From Macrostomum lignano (taxonomy: Eukaryota), in NCBI GenBank assembly GCA_002269645.1, contig NIVC01002780.1:1-53732 (forward strand): a stretch of 53,732 bases of DNA, given 5' to 3'. This document shows positions 1-12,092 of this stretch, in pieces. Each line of letters opens with the position of its first letter. Position 1 is the first letter of the stretch. The notes beneath the pieces were generated by a model. That model did not search any database. It was not told where the DNA came from and saw only the letters and a program-made list of their open reading frames with translations. The position numbers and the translations under genes were made by a program.

Positions 1-467
1 TCATAACCCGCCGACTTCTAATATACGCGCACATTCACTCTGCTCTACTCCGTCTATCCTTTCAGTTGAAATCCTGTAGAAAGGAGAAAGTCGGCGTCTT
101 GATAGAGAGGGAGAGTGGGCGGGGGTTTAAGGGGAATCGGCAGGGGGGCCTTGCAGGGGCAGTTCAGAGGCGAATAAAGCTGAGAGCAAGAGCGGCAGCA
201 GATGAAAATGAGCAGCAGAAGCCAGCAATTTTCAATAAAGAGAAAAAATAATGCGCGAGCATGTGAGCAGCCGACCAAAAGGCGAAGCGATTGGGAGCCT
301 GGGAGAGTCAGCTGATAAAGAAGCTGCTCAGGCATCCCTCGTGTCATTAGAGCTGACCCGGCAGGTGAAAAGGGGAGAGCGGGGAGTAACTTCCCATCAA
401 GCATTCTTGCCTCGCTTTTGTACCTCTACCTATCTTCCTTCGGTCTAATTGACTGTGACTTTTCACC

Positions 468-690
468 TGTCATATCCAGAGTTCCTGTCTCTATCCAGAG
501 TCCCTGTCTCTTTCCCAGAGTCCCTGTATCTTTCCCAGAGTCCCTGTCTCTATCCAGAGTCCCTGTCTCTTTCCCAGAGTCCCTGTCTCTATCCCAGAGT
601 CCCTGTCTCTTTCCAGAGTCCTGTCTCTATCCCAGAGTCTCTGTCTGTATCCCAGAGTCTCTGTCTGTCTCCCAGAATCCCTGTCTCTAT
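468..690. repeat. Minisatellite, ~20-bp unit CCAGAGTCCCTGTCTCT(T/A)TC
   Basis: About 10 directly visible tandem copies; it grades into the next array through the shared CTGTCTCT core. Confidence 0.9.
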
Positions 691-1162
691 CTCGGTGTTC
701 CTGTCTCTGTCTCGGTTTTCCTGTCTACACGCATGTTCCTGTCTCTATCTCGGTGTTCCGTCTCTGTCTCGGTTTTCCTGTCTACACCGCCATGTTCCTG
801 TCTCTATCTCGGTGTTCCTGTCTCCATCTCCGTGGTATTGTCTCTATCTCGGTGTTCCTGTCTCTATCTCGGTGTTCCTGTCTCTATCTCGTGTTCCTGT
901 CTCTATCTCAGTGTTCCTGTCTCTATCTCGGTGTTCCTGTCTCCATCTCCGTGGTATTGTCTCTATCTCGGTGTTCCTGTCTCTATCTCGGTGTTCCTGT
1001 CTCCATCTCCGTGGTCTTGTCTCTATCTCGGTGTTTCCTGTCTCCATCTCCGTGGTCTTGTCTCTATCTCGGTGTTCCTGTCTCCATCTCCGGGTGTCTT
1101 GTCTCTATCTCGGTGTTCCTGTCTCCATCTCCGTGGTCTTGTCTCTATCTCGGTGGTCCTGT
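681..1162. repeat. Compound minisatellite: 20-bp CTGTCTCTATCTCGGTGTTC interspersed with 22-bp CTGTCTCCATCTCCGTGGT(A/C)TT
   Basis: Tandem copies are directly visible and explain the overlapping low-complexity ORFs at 418-1369. Confidence 0.9.
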
Positions 1163-3580
1163 CTAACCCGCCGTTCTCTTGAGTTCCCGAGTTCCCGTCG
1201 TTTCTATTTACCAACCTGCTTATCTAACCCCGCTTTGGATTTACCTGTCGCCAAGTGGCTCCTATTCCAGTCTCACCATCTCTGCTGCTTTGTCTGCTTC
1301 CCTCCCTGGCTTCTCATAGGGCGGAGAGCAGGCCAAACCTGCCAATTCTGCTTGCTTTCAAGGCTATAATTTCCCCCCAAACACTATCCGACCTCGACCC
1401 TGCAGCGGCAATGTATCCAGTGAGCGTAGGTCTCTCTCAAACAAGCCGAATTACCCAGCCACATCGGAAGGCAAGCCCTCACCCGGCCCAGATGACACGT
1501 TGGCAGTGATTGATGGGGCTAAGGCAGCTCCCAATTCAGCTTTGTCGATCCGCCTTCCAAAGCCAGAGAGAAGAAAGTCGGCTATGTGATGGACAGCATG
1601 GGAACAGCTAACAGAGTAAGTTTAGGCTGGAAAATTGAATTGAAAGAGCCGTCGGCAGACTACTGAAAGCCATTCAATTCTGTTGGGAGCACGTCTCCCA
1701 AGCAAACCCCTCTCCTAATCCCTTTTTTTCCACTGTCAACTACGGAAACAATTTAACAATCTGTCAAAAGTACGAAGGAGAGAGAGAGAGGGGGGGAGGG
1801 AGAAAAACTGTTCGCAGTTGAAGTGTCGCTCTGGAGAGCAGAGCCTGCTTGCTTCATCGTATGAAAACATCTACACAGAAGGCCCGCCAGCTACACTTGT
1901 TGTGCTGCCTACCCGCCCCCTCCGACTTGGTCCGTCAGTCGGGCTCCGAGGGTAGGTACACTTGAGGCAGATGGTCGAGAGAGAGAGAGAGAGAGGGGGG
2001 ACACATTTTTTGCCGCCACCACCCAGGCCCCCATCAGTTTAAGAGAAATTCTTCAATGCGGTGGACCCCGGAGCTCAAATCAGAGGATAAAAACACCGGG
2101 TGAAGGCAGAGACATGAGAATGGGAAAATGAAGGTTTTTGTCCGTCCACCTCGCCGCCTCCTCTTCTGCTCTCCCCCCCCCCCCCGTGGGAATTATTTAG
2201 CGGCGTTATTGGCCAAGTTTTTAACCAGCTCCCGGCGCCTTATGTTGTTGAGCAGTCAGCGCGAAACCAAGGGAAGAGGAGCGAGCGCGTGCTGCGACAG
2301 GGTGGCCGTTAGTCATAGGCGGATGGGCGGACAGGGAAATTGGCAGGGATGAGGGAGGGAGGGGGGAAATCACAGGGTGTGGTGTTTTTCTACTGAAATT
2401 CCAAGAAACTGTGGCGCAAGTTGACTGCAATAACAGACTTGGAACCGCTACTATAGGTGTGTGCAGATTATTTGCAGATTGTAGCATTACAGCAGCATAA
2501 TAAAAGTGCCGAAAGCTGGGGACCAACGGCTGAGGTGGGGGGGGATTAATTGAGAAACTGGCTACAGGGAAGGGAAGTGCCAGGGGGAGAAGGAGAAGGG
2601 CGAGCGAGGCCGGGTCAAATAGGTTAGCAACGCTTTTGGACCCTAGCTCGGTTGGCCTGTATAAGTGTAGAGTAGAGAGCCGGAAAATTCAATTACCAAA
2701 GGCGCTAGCTATCTGCAGCCAGAGCCCAAGTCCTCACCTCGCAGCAACCCACCCCCTCTGCCGCCGAATCTGTGGAACTCCCTACTGCTGTGCGAAAAAT
2801 ACTCCTGACATAACAAGGGCATTCTGCGCAGTGTCTCAGCGTACACAGAAATTAACCTCAACGCTGACGCTCTCAAAACTTGAGCTTTCAACCTCGTACC
2901 GAAAAGAGGGGGAATCTCGGCTGAGGACTCAGAAAAAATCTCTAGAATCCAAAGCCCCGAGAGCTTGTGGGGCGGCACAAGAGGGCACTTGTGTGCCCAA
3001 TACAATAAGCTGCGCACTCGCCGAGCTCTGCCTGCCGCCCTGCCGCCACTTCGCTTCCACTTCCGCCTTTCACTCGTCGAGTGACGATAGCAATTTTTTC
3101 AAAGGTTTTACCCGGGAGCCAGGCTCTCTTCACATCGCGGTGGCAGCATGTTAGTAGCAAGAATGAAGAGAGAGAGAGAGTGAGAGAGAGAAAGGCAAGT
3201 CCCGAAGTCCTTAACCCCCGACGCAGCCCCCAACCCTACTCGAACTTTCGAACTAATCATCCACGGCGCGGGTTGGGAGTGGGGAATATTTCAACTCAAA
3301 TCCCGGCCATAAAAAATTGCCGCTGACGACCGGAGAGAACAAACAAACAAACAAATGGACGGAGCAGTAGAAGTTCCTTTTTCCTGTGCAGCGAACTGAT
3401 TGAATTTAGTCCTCTGCTCGTCTCCTATCCCACTGTGAACTCTTGCTTGTAGCAATAGAAAATATCTAATAGGAGAAAGGCGACAATCGCTAGTGGACTC
3501 GCCCAGAATTCAATCCCATCCCGCCAATGGCGCGGCCCGCCAGCCCCAATCAATCAACAGCTAAGAGCGGCTTCTCTTAC

Positions 3581-3727
3581 GCAGCTTGTCAATCAGCTTA
3601 GACGTGGATGATATGATCTCGTCCATGTTGTCGAGAGCGCCTGCGGAGGCCTGGCGGCCGAACTGCAACAACAGCAGCAGCAGCAACGTCGGCAGCAGGA
3701 GCTGCAATAAAGGCGCGGAAGCAACAT
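3581..3727 (-). CDS. Candidate signal-peptide coding exon of a secreted or membrane protein (family unassigned)
   Basis: The minus strand 3701-3581 reads LLLPTLLLLLLLQFGRQASAGALDNMDEIISSTSKLIDKL and is followed by C|GTAAGA (donor, phase 1). It is entered either through the acceptor TTTATTGCAG at 3702 or from ATG 3727, which needs one extra base. Confidence 0.45.
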
Positions 3728-5992
3728 CGGCCCGCTGCTTCCAGTGTTTTTGTTATAACTTAAACAATTCCTGGGCTAGAATCTGTCGGCAAACTTCGCA
3801 GGAGAACGCATGGCGACTTTTTGGATTAGAAAAGAGATGGGAGAAGCTTAACCGGCGAGTAAACAGCAGTTCGAATCCACCCGAGTTCTCAATATCGAAC
3901 AGATTCAAGTTGCCATAGTAACCGAGCATTCAACTCGTGTTTCCATGCTCGAACAGTGCAGTATAGGACTGCCGAAATTTCGATTTTGGCAACGAAAAAC
4001 CTCCTGACCGTTTATGCTTGCTTTGTATAGACTGACTTGATGCAGATTTAAAGCTTAGCGCACACGGCGAAGTAATCCACACACACACCCCTGTTAGGTA
4101 GTGGTCAAATAATCTCTCCCGAGGGCTGGGGGTTGCTGGCGGCGAGAGACCGACGAGGTAAGGCTACGGACTGAGTCTGGGGTTGGCTATCAGGGGAACG
4201 AGAGGTAGGTCTCGGGACTCAAACAAAACCTAGCAGAATGCAGGGCAGGAGCCTCGCCCAGTCTAGCAGAGCCAATGGTTGGCCGTTGCCTCCTGGCCTA
4301 TCCCAGGCCTAGCACACAGAATCCTTATTCTCCATCCACCCTAGCCAAGCCAGATCTCCGTTTGAGTCCTCTACGCAGCCTTAATCCGCACAATAGAAGT
4401 TGGCAGGTACCTGCGCCTATTCATACACGGGGGCATGATGCACACATAAGAGAGAGAGATGTCGGCAGCAGCATCTCGTAAGGGTGGCGCTAGGCTGGCT
4501 ATGAAGCTAAACACAAGCACAAGTGCCAAAGAGGAAGCTGCAGCTGCCGCGTGTTAAAAATTGGAAAACCCCTCCCTCTAAAAAAGTCTTTCTCTCTCTC
4601 TGGCGTGAAGGAAGGCGACTGGCGATAAGGGAGGGGAAACGGACAAGGGTGCGGGAGACGAAAAGAAAAAGCAAAAGGGTGGGACAGGTAGGCAGAAATA
4701 TGAAGGACAAAAGCGCTGCCAAGAAGCAGCAACCAACCAACCCAGGCCCGTCAGCAACCTGGAGCTGGTGCCATGGACCAAATTGTTCTTTCCAACTACC
4801 CCATCATTTCTCACCTGGACTGCCAACACCCACTATCACTCGCCTTGTCTTGGGTTTAGCAGTCTCTAGTTTAACTGTATGGCTCCTATACTGCTCTGCT
4901 TCTCATTTCTCCTCGGCTAAGCCTATCGCTTTGTCCGCAGCAAGTATAGCGGGATTTCAATGCGACAATTCCCCCTTCACCCACCCCTTCATCATCATGA
5001 TTCCCAGCCTCACTCCCTTCCCCTCCTCTAAGCTCTATTACTCCCAGTAGTCTACTGGCAGTATCAATACAGCGATGAGCCAATTGTACACAATCCATCG
5101 CAGTTTTGTATCTATAGCTTAGGTAACTGGGCGGCCCCGGACTACCGGGGGATCAGCAGAGACAGAGAACAGGGGGGGGGATGAGGTCTGAGGTGAGGCT
5201 GGCGGGGGCCACTGGCCACGCGTATCGGTCAACTTATTTAGTGGGGAAATTAATTTCCTTTACTACGTTCCAGCAAAGCTCTGCTCAGCATTAGGCCTGG
5301 GAAGAGTGGGAAGGAGGCAGAGAGCAGACACCGGCCAGTGCTCACAGATAGTCAGAAATGGAGAGCAAACTGCATGCATCTATGGTATAGACAGGGCACT
5401 CGTTCGCCAGACACGGGGTGAAGATAAACACACTTGTCAATATATACTGGAAAAACTCGGCGACTCCCAGCGACCCCCCAACCGAAAAAAATTGAGTCAA
5501 TTCCCAACCGATGGCAACTCTCGCCACCTATGGCCTATATTAGAGCAGATGCTGCGTGACCAAATGGTTTTTTTCCTCTTCCTTTTAAGCTACTCCCCAC
5601 CACCTTGATTGACTCAGTTAGCAAAGACCTGCTTCATTCATCAGTAGCAGCTTATTTATACACGATTTCAAGAGAAGACGGAAAACACAATCAGCGGGCA
5701 ATTTCGATATCGAAAGTAGAAAAAAAAGTGAAAACATGGCTTTTAAAAAATTTGCCTCACAAAGCAGAAATGCCGACAATGCTTTTATAAATCAACGATC
5801 TTATCGCAATGAGCTGCATGGAAACGGAGATGTTTGCCTTGGATACACACAGTACCCAGGAGCCCCAAGCTAATACCACATCGGCAACTAAAAAGACTTG
5901 TGCAGTTGGCTTCGAGTTTGCTACTTAAAAAAATCTGTTCAAATGCGTATAAGCTACTGAACTAGCTTATCAGTACACTACTAGCTTGGCGC

Positions 5993-6301
5993 CGGGGTTG
6001 TAGCCTAGTGGTTAGAGCGTCGGACACACGACTGAAAGGTCGGGAGTTCGATTCTCGACCCAATCGAAATAATTTGTGTCCTTGAGCCAGACACTTAACT
6101 CTGCATTGCTTCAGTTCACCCAGCTGTAAAATGGGTGCCAGCATTAGCTGGGGTAATTGAGGCTGTCTGTGGTGACCCTCCCAGTCCTTGGACTGAACAG
6201 CCGTACGCAGTCTTCAGATGCGCCACGCAATAGCTGCGGCTGATCTGTCGGTTGCACATCTGGCCCAATAGGGGCAGGTGTAATCAATTACTATTATTAT
6301 T
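5993..6301 (+). mobile_element. tRNA-derived SINE with CORE-like central domain, full length
   Basis: Pol III A box TAGCCTAGTGG and B box GTTCGATTC; 6074-6135 resembles the MIR/CORE block (GTG..CCTTG.GCAAG.CACTTAAC...CTGTAAAATGGG); (TTA)n-like tail; a close homologue lies at 43015-43322. Confidence 0.9.
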
Positions 6302-7680
6302 CGATTGGCGTCTAGCTAATTTTGGGCATCACAATGTCTGTCAAGCGTGATTTGGAAAGTTTCAGTTTAATTTTCGAAGAGTTAGTACTCCCCAGTGTAG
6401 ACAAGGTGGCGCCCAAATCTATGATGGGTATTTTTATCAATGATTATTTTCGCCTATCAAGTTCGCTTGCACCTGTGTATTTATACATGTGCTCAGTCGC
6501 CCGCCGGTCTACTAATAATTGATGCCAGCAATATATTAATCATATAGCTTATCTCTACGCCGGCATCTAATCGCCAAGTCGCGTCTGCCTCTCGCCAATT
6601 TTACCTGCGTGGCGGTTTTTTTCTCAGAGAGGAAAAAATTCTTAGTAGTTAATTAGAGCTGCTGGATTGTTAGGAGAGTGTGGGAGTAGTGAGTTTCCTT
6701 TGCTCATAATGCCCCTTCGCTTTATGTAATTTACAAGATGCCGCTTCTGCAGGATCCGCTTTCCAGAAAATTTCAATCGGATATCGCGAGCTCACTTGAG
6801 CTGCTCCGCCCCGCTCACTTTCTGTGTACCAGTCTCCTCTCTGAGCAGAGAATGCTAGAAGGACTTAGGAATTGCACCTTAAGTGGCTGCTGCAGCTTTT
6901 AACTCTACTCTACTGTGACTTCTTGTAGCAAAAATGTCTGCTTTAAGTGGCACTTCCTGACTTTCGCCAGCTTGTTTCATTTTTGCACTGCTTCTGTCCT
7001 CTTCTGGGCCAAGCTAAGGTAAGGTAAAAGAGAGAAAAAAACGGTGTCAGCTTGTACGTAAAGTCTGTCCGCTCACACCTCTGTCAGCTCATTCCTGCCA
7101 TTTTCACCTTGCTCACCCCGTCAGTCTAACGGCGGACAATTGCATTGCCTTAGTAGGGGTTGAAGACCGTTCCAGATCATCCATCCTACCATTGAGAGGA
7201 GCTTGGGGGGAGACAAACGCCAAATCGCATTACTTTGATTAGTATGGGACATCTATTCAATCCCTGCAGTCGCTGCTGCGTATATATGCATACATTTTAG
7301 GCTCCCATGTGCCGAAAACCTAACAGCAACTCTTTTCGAACCCATGAAGCGAGATTAATCGCTTACGTAAAAGGGGGGGGGGCAATAGCCGGTTTTGCCA
7401 GACTGAATATCCGCACTCAAAGATGCTGAGATGCTCAAGCATATTAGAAAATTTGCAGGAAGTTTCTTTTCAACTGCCTTCAGGCGGTGTTTTTCAAAAC
7501 TGTTTTTATAATGTTTTTCACGGTTCTTTGATAGGGGTTGCGTGCGCAATGATGACGGCATCGTTGGATGAAGAGCGGCGGAGACTGGGGGGGGGGCAAA
7601 GTGAGATTGAGAAGCAGGCTGTTTTGAGAAGCAGGCTCAGCTCAGTTTTGTGTTGAAGAGTCTGTGTCTATGCCTCTAGT

Positions 7681-8466
7681 GAGCCAATATTAATATGTTA
7701 ATGAGCCAGTGTGGCGCCAAAATTAATGAGAGAGTGTGGCGCCAATATTAATGAGCCAGTATGGCGCCAATATTAATGAGGGGCGCCAATATTAATGAGC
7801 CAGTATGGGGCCAATATTATTGAGCCAGTGTGGCGCCAATATTACTGAGCCAGTGTGGCGCCAATATTAATGAGGGGCACCAATATTACTGAGCCAGTGT
7901 AGCGCCAATATTAATGAGCCAGTGTGGCGCCAATATTAATGAGTCAGTGTGGCACCAATATTAATGTTTGGCGCCAATATTAATGAGCCAGTGTGGCGCC
8001 AATAATAATGAGTGGCGCCAATATTAATGAGCTAGTGTGACGCCAATATCAATGAGCCAGTGTGGCGCCAATATTAATGAGGGGCGCCAATATTAATGAG
8101 CCAGTATGGGGCCAATATTAATGAGTGGCGTCAATATTAATAAGTGGCGCCAACATTAATGAGCCAGTATGGCGCCAATAATAATGAGCCAATGTGGCGC
8201 CAATATTAATGAGCTAGTGTGACGCCAATATCAATGAGCCAGTGTGGCGCCAATATTAATGAGCCAGTATGGCGCCAATATTAATGAGCCAATGTGGCGC
8301 CAATATTAATGAGCTAGTGTGACGCCAATATCAATGAGCCAGTGTGGCGCCAATATTAATGAGGGGCACCAATATTAATGAGCCAGTATGGCGCCAATAT
8401 TAATGAGTGGCGCCAATATTAATGAGCCAGTATGGCGCCAATATTAATGAGCCAGTATTGCGCCAA
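7681..8466. repeat. Minisatellite, 25-bp unit GGCGCCAATATTAATGAGCCAGT(G/A)T with shortened variants
   Basis: About 30 visible tandem copies. Confidence 0.95.
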
Positions 8467-9295
8467 CCATCATTAGTGTGAGTCATTGGTGCCAAACACG
8501 CGGATGGTAAAGCAAATTTAATTGCCGCTAATTTATGCTACTAACAATAGCGAGAAGCACAAATTAATTCCATAAACAGTGGAAGTCAAGAACAAAAATT
8601 TGAATCGAAAATGAATTATTTGAAAAATATTAAATTAACGGTTATGTCAGACCTACAGATGCTTTGTCGAACAATATAAAAATTCAGTACTTTAAGCTTT
8701 AGGACAGGACCTCACCTGATGCTGTGGAAAGCGAAGGCCTACTTAAAACTACTTCCTCATTGAGTCCATGCTGAAAAAACCCGTCAACACTTTGGCTATT
8801 ATTAATAATTCAACACCCTGACACAGTGCGGATGGCGCCAGGCCTGTTGAAGAAAAACTCAACTGCCCTCTTTTGGCTGGGAAGTGCTCTGGAAGAAGGA
8901 GGTGGCTTATGAAAGGTGTGACAGAAAGAATACCTAGTTGAATAGGTGAAAAAGTACGACCATGAATGACAGGTCTCCCGAGTGCAGCCGAAGCTGTCTA
9001 AATCATTTTGTTTGTGTTTTCACTGCCTCGCCCAGTGGCTGCCAGTGAAAGTTCTGCTTTCCATGCCAACCTTACGCTCACATTCTGCAGGTTGCTGGCT
9101 CTGTAAATTCAGACCAAGCCCTACAAATTAGAACTTACCAGCTAGAATGACTTGAAGAATTACCCGTAAAAATACACTTGCGTACCTCTGTGGTTTACTC
9201 ATAGTAGAATATTTTGAATTTTATGCAATTCCTAGGAAAAAAGAGGGAAAAAACTACTGAAATAAATATATGTTAAAACAAAGGTGAGAAGGACA

Positions 9296-9590
9296 AGATA
9301 CTGAGGGTGAGATAAAAATAGATAGAATGTGAGATACTGAGAATGAGATATAAATGGATAAATTTTGAGATACTGAGTGTGAAATACTGAGAGTGAGATA
9401 CTGAGTGTGAGATACTGAGAGTGAGATACTGAGAGTGAGATACTGAGAGTGAGATACTGAGAGTGAGATACTGAGTGTGAGATACTGAGAGTGAGATACC
9501 GAGTGTGAGATACTGAGAGTGAGATATACTGAGTGTGAGATACCGAGTGTGAGATACTGAGAGTGAGATACTAACAGTGAGACACAGAGC
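9296..9590. repeat. Minisatellite, 14-bp unit GAGTGAGATACTGA / GTGTGAGATACTGA
   Basis: Tandem copies visible, degenerate at the left edge. Confidence 0.9.
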
Positions 9591-10110
9591 GAGATAAGAA
9601 ATACGATGAGGCTCCGTAAGCGGCCGGTGCACAAAGTATGCTTAAGGCAAGAAAGTACCAAATACAGCGCCTTAGCCAGTTCAAGTGTTAATGTTCCACA
9701 ATATATCAATATATCTGAGGTACAGAAGTGCAATGAGTAAAAAACTCTTCATCGTAATTGTAATAACATTTTTTTTTCTATTCAGCAACATCCGTCTCCG
9801 CCCAGTCCTACAAGTGGCTTAAGGAGGCTGGAATCGCCCGCAGCCCGGCTGCCATCGAGCTGAGACGGCCTTTTAAATTATTCAGAGCCCACAAATAGCA
9901 GGAAACAAAAAAGAAAGGAGAACGGACCCCGTTGCCAGGTGCAAAAGTGCAAGCGCCATCTTAAGTCTCTCATAAGGAACTCCTCCATTCATAGAATGAA
10001 AACAAAAAACTTAACGGACTGCTCATTTAAACTTCAGACTTTCAACTTGCTGAATCGAAGTAAAGTGCACAAGACATCGTATGCAGTTAGTTGTGGGTTG
10101 CAGCGTGTGG

Positions 10111-10627
10111 AGACAGACAGACAGACAGACAGACACATAGACAGACAGACTAAGACAGACACTAAGACAGACACTAAAGCAGACACTAAGACAGACACTA
10201 AGACAGACACTAAGGCAGACACTAAGACAGACACTAAGGCAGACACTAAGGCAGACACTAAGACAGACACTAAGACAGACACTAAGGCAGACACTAAGAC
10301 AGACACTAAGACAGACACTAAGGCAGACACTAAGACAGACACTAAGACAGACACTAAGACAGACACTAAGGCAGACACTAAGACAGACACTAAGGCAGAC
10401 ACTAAGACAGACACTAAGGCAGACACTAAGACAGACACTAAGGCAGACACTAAGACAGACACTAAGACAGACACTAAGACAGACACTAAGGCAGACACTA
10501 AGACAGACACTAAGACAGACACTAAGACAGACACTAAGGCAGACACTAAGGCAGACACTAAGGCAGACACTAAGGCAGACACTAAGACAGACACTAAGAC
10601 AGACACTAAAACAGACACAACAGACAG
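10111..10627. repeat. 12-bp array AG(A/G)CAGACACTA grown out of a (GACA)n seed
   Basis: Begins as (AGAC)n and continues as about 40 copies of the 12-mer; explains the TKTD/SVLV ORFs. Confidence 0.95.
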
Positions 10628-10928
10628 GCGACAGTTAATTGAAGCAAAGTCGAAAAGAGATAATAGAAGAAAGTAGTGAAAACTGGCTACATAGTCAAGT
10701 CAGTAGTAAAGTCAGTAGTAAACATGCATTATAGCAATAGCATTTGCATAACTGACGCGGGGCCATCAGTTAAGCGAGCACGCAGTTGACTAAGACGCTA
10801 TAAATAAGTATAGCGAATGCTTTGGATCATAAAATCCGGTGAAAGAGATTATGAGTAAAACCTTCGCATTCACTGCATTCACGCAGTACTCTGAATATAC
10901 TATCAAGTATGTACCTATATTTAGTGAA

Positions 10929-11564
10929 GCATTCACACAGCCAATAATTCACACAGCCAATAATTCACACAGCCAATAATTCCCACAGCCAATTATTCAC
11001 ACAGCCAATAATTCACACAGCCAATAATTCACACAGCCAATTATTCACACAGCCAATAATTAACACAGTCAATAATTCACACAGCCAATAATCACACAGC
11101 TAATAATTCACACAGCCAATAATTCACACAGCCAATAATTCACACAGCCAATAATTCACACAGTCAAGCATTCACACGGTAAATAATTCACACAGTCAAG
11201 CATTTACCTAGTAAAGCTTTCACCTAGTAAAGCATTCACACGGTAAAGCATTCACACAGAAAAGCATTTACCTAATAAAGCATTCACACAGTAAAGCATT
11301 TACACAGTCAAGCATTCACACAGTCAAGCATTTACACAGTCAAGCATTCACACAGTCAAGCATTCACACAGTCAAGCATTCACAGAGTAAAGCATTCACA
11401 GAGTAAAGCATTCACACGGTAAAGCATTCACACAGAAAAGCATTTACCTAATAAAGCATTCACACAGTAAAGCATTCACACAGTAAAGCATTCACACAGA
11501 AAAGTATTCACACAGTCAAGCATTCACACAGTAAAACATTCACACAGTAAAGCATTCACACAGT
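10929..11564. repeat. Bipartite 16-bp minisatellite: ATTCACACAGCCAATA followed by GCATTCACACAGT(A/C)AA
   Basis: Two adjacent sub-arrays share the ATTCACACAG core and switch near 11165. Confidence 0.92.
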
Positions 11565-12092
11565 GAAAAACGGTGAGTAGGCGAAAAAGACATTAGTAGC
11601 TCGTATACTGTATGCATAAAAACCGATGATTGGTTGAATTGCCTTCATTTTCTATATTATCCAGAACTTCAAGTGGCAACCAAGAGCGGCACAAAGACTC
11701 AGTGCACAATAGGCAGGGCAAATACAAAGCCGTCCCGACAGTAAAGTGGCCTCTAAGTGGCACCTTATCGTATTGAAGTCTCAACTATAGGCGATAGTCA
11801 AGTAGGAGGATAAACAACAGTAAAAATTAAAGATAAACTGACTACTTAATGTATAATTCTCAACTGCTGAGAACTCGTCTTATTAATGAGTCTCTTGCGA
11901 GTGACTCAGCCTATGCTCAAGTCCTACGAGCTCCTTTTAGACACGTGTCTCTTGTTCACTACCAAAGCTGGATATATAACTATTTTTTATGAAGCAGTCA
12001 TTGTCTTGTATTAGCGAACAATGAAAAGAGTGGAATAAATATATTTTAAAGTCGACTGGCTGAATGACGAATATCAAGTTACAGTATTGTGG

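Noticed and set aside
4160-4385. Possible long-range fold-back (GGACTCAAAC/GTTTGAGTCC and neighbouring helices)
   Set aside because: The helices are short and mutually crossing, within chance expectation for GC-rich sequence.
5993-6065. SINE heads (also 42883 and 43250-43322) as functional tRNA genes
   Set aside because: There is no complete acceptor stem, the anticodon loop differs between copies, and each continues into the same SINE body.
9939-10676. TKTD-repeat ORF and its antisense SVLV ORF
   Set aside because: Translation of the 12-bp GACA-derived array; the same applies to the RQTD/VCLS ORFs at 29.9-30.9 and 41.1-41.8 kb.
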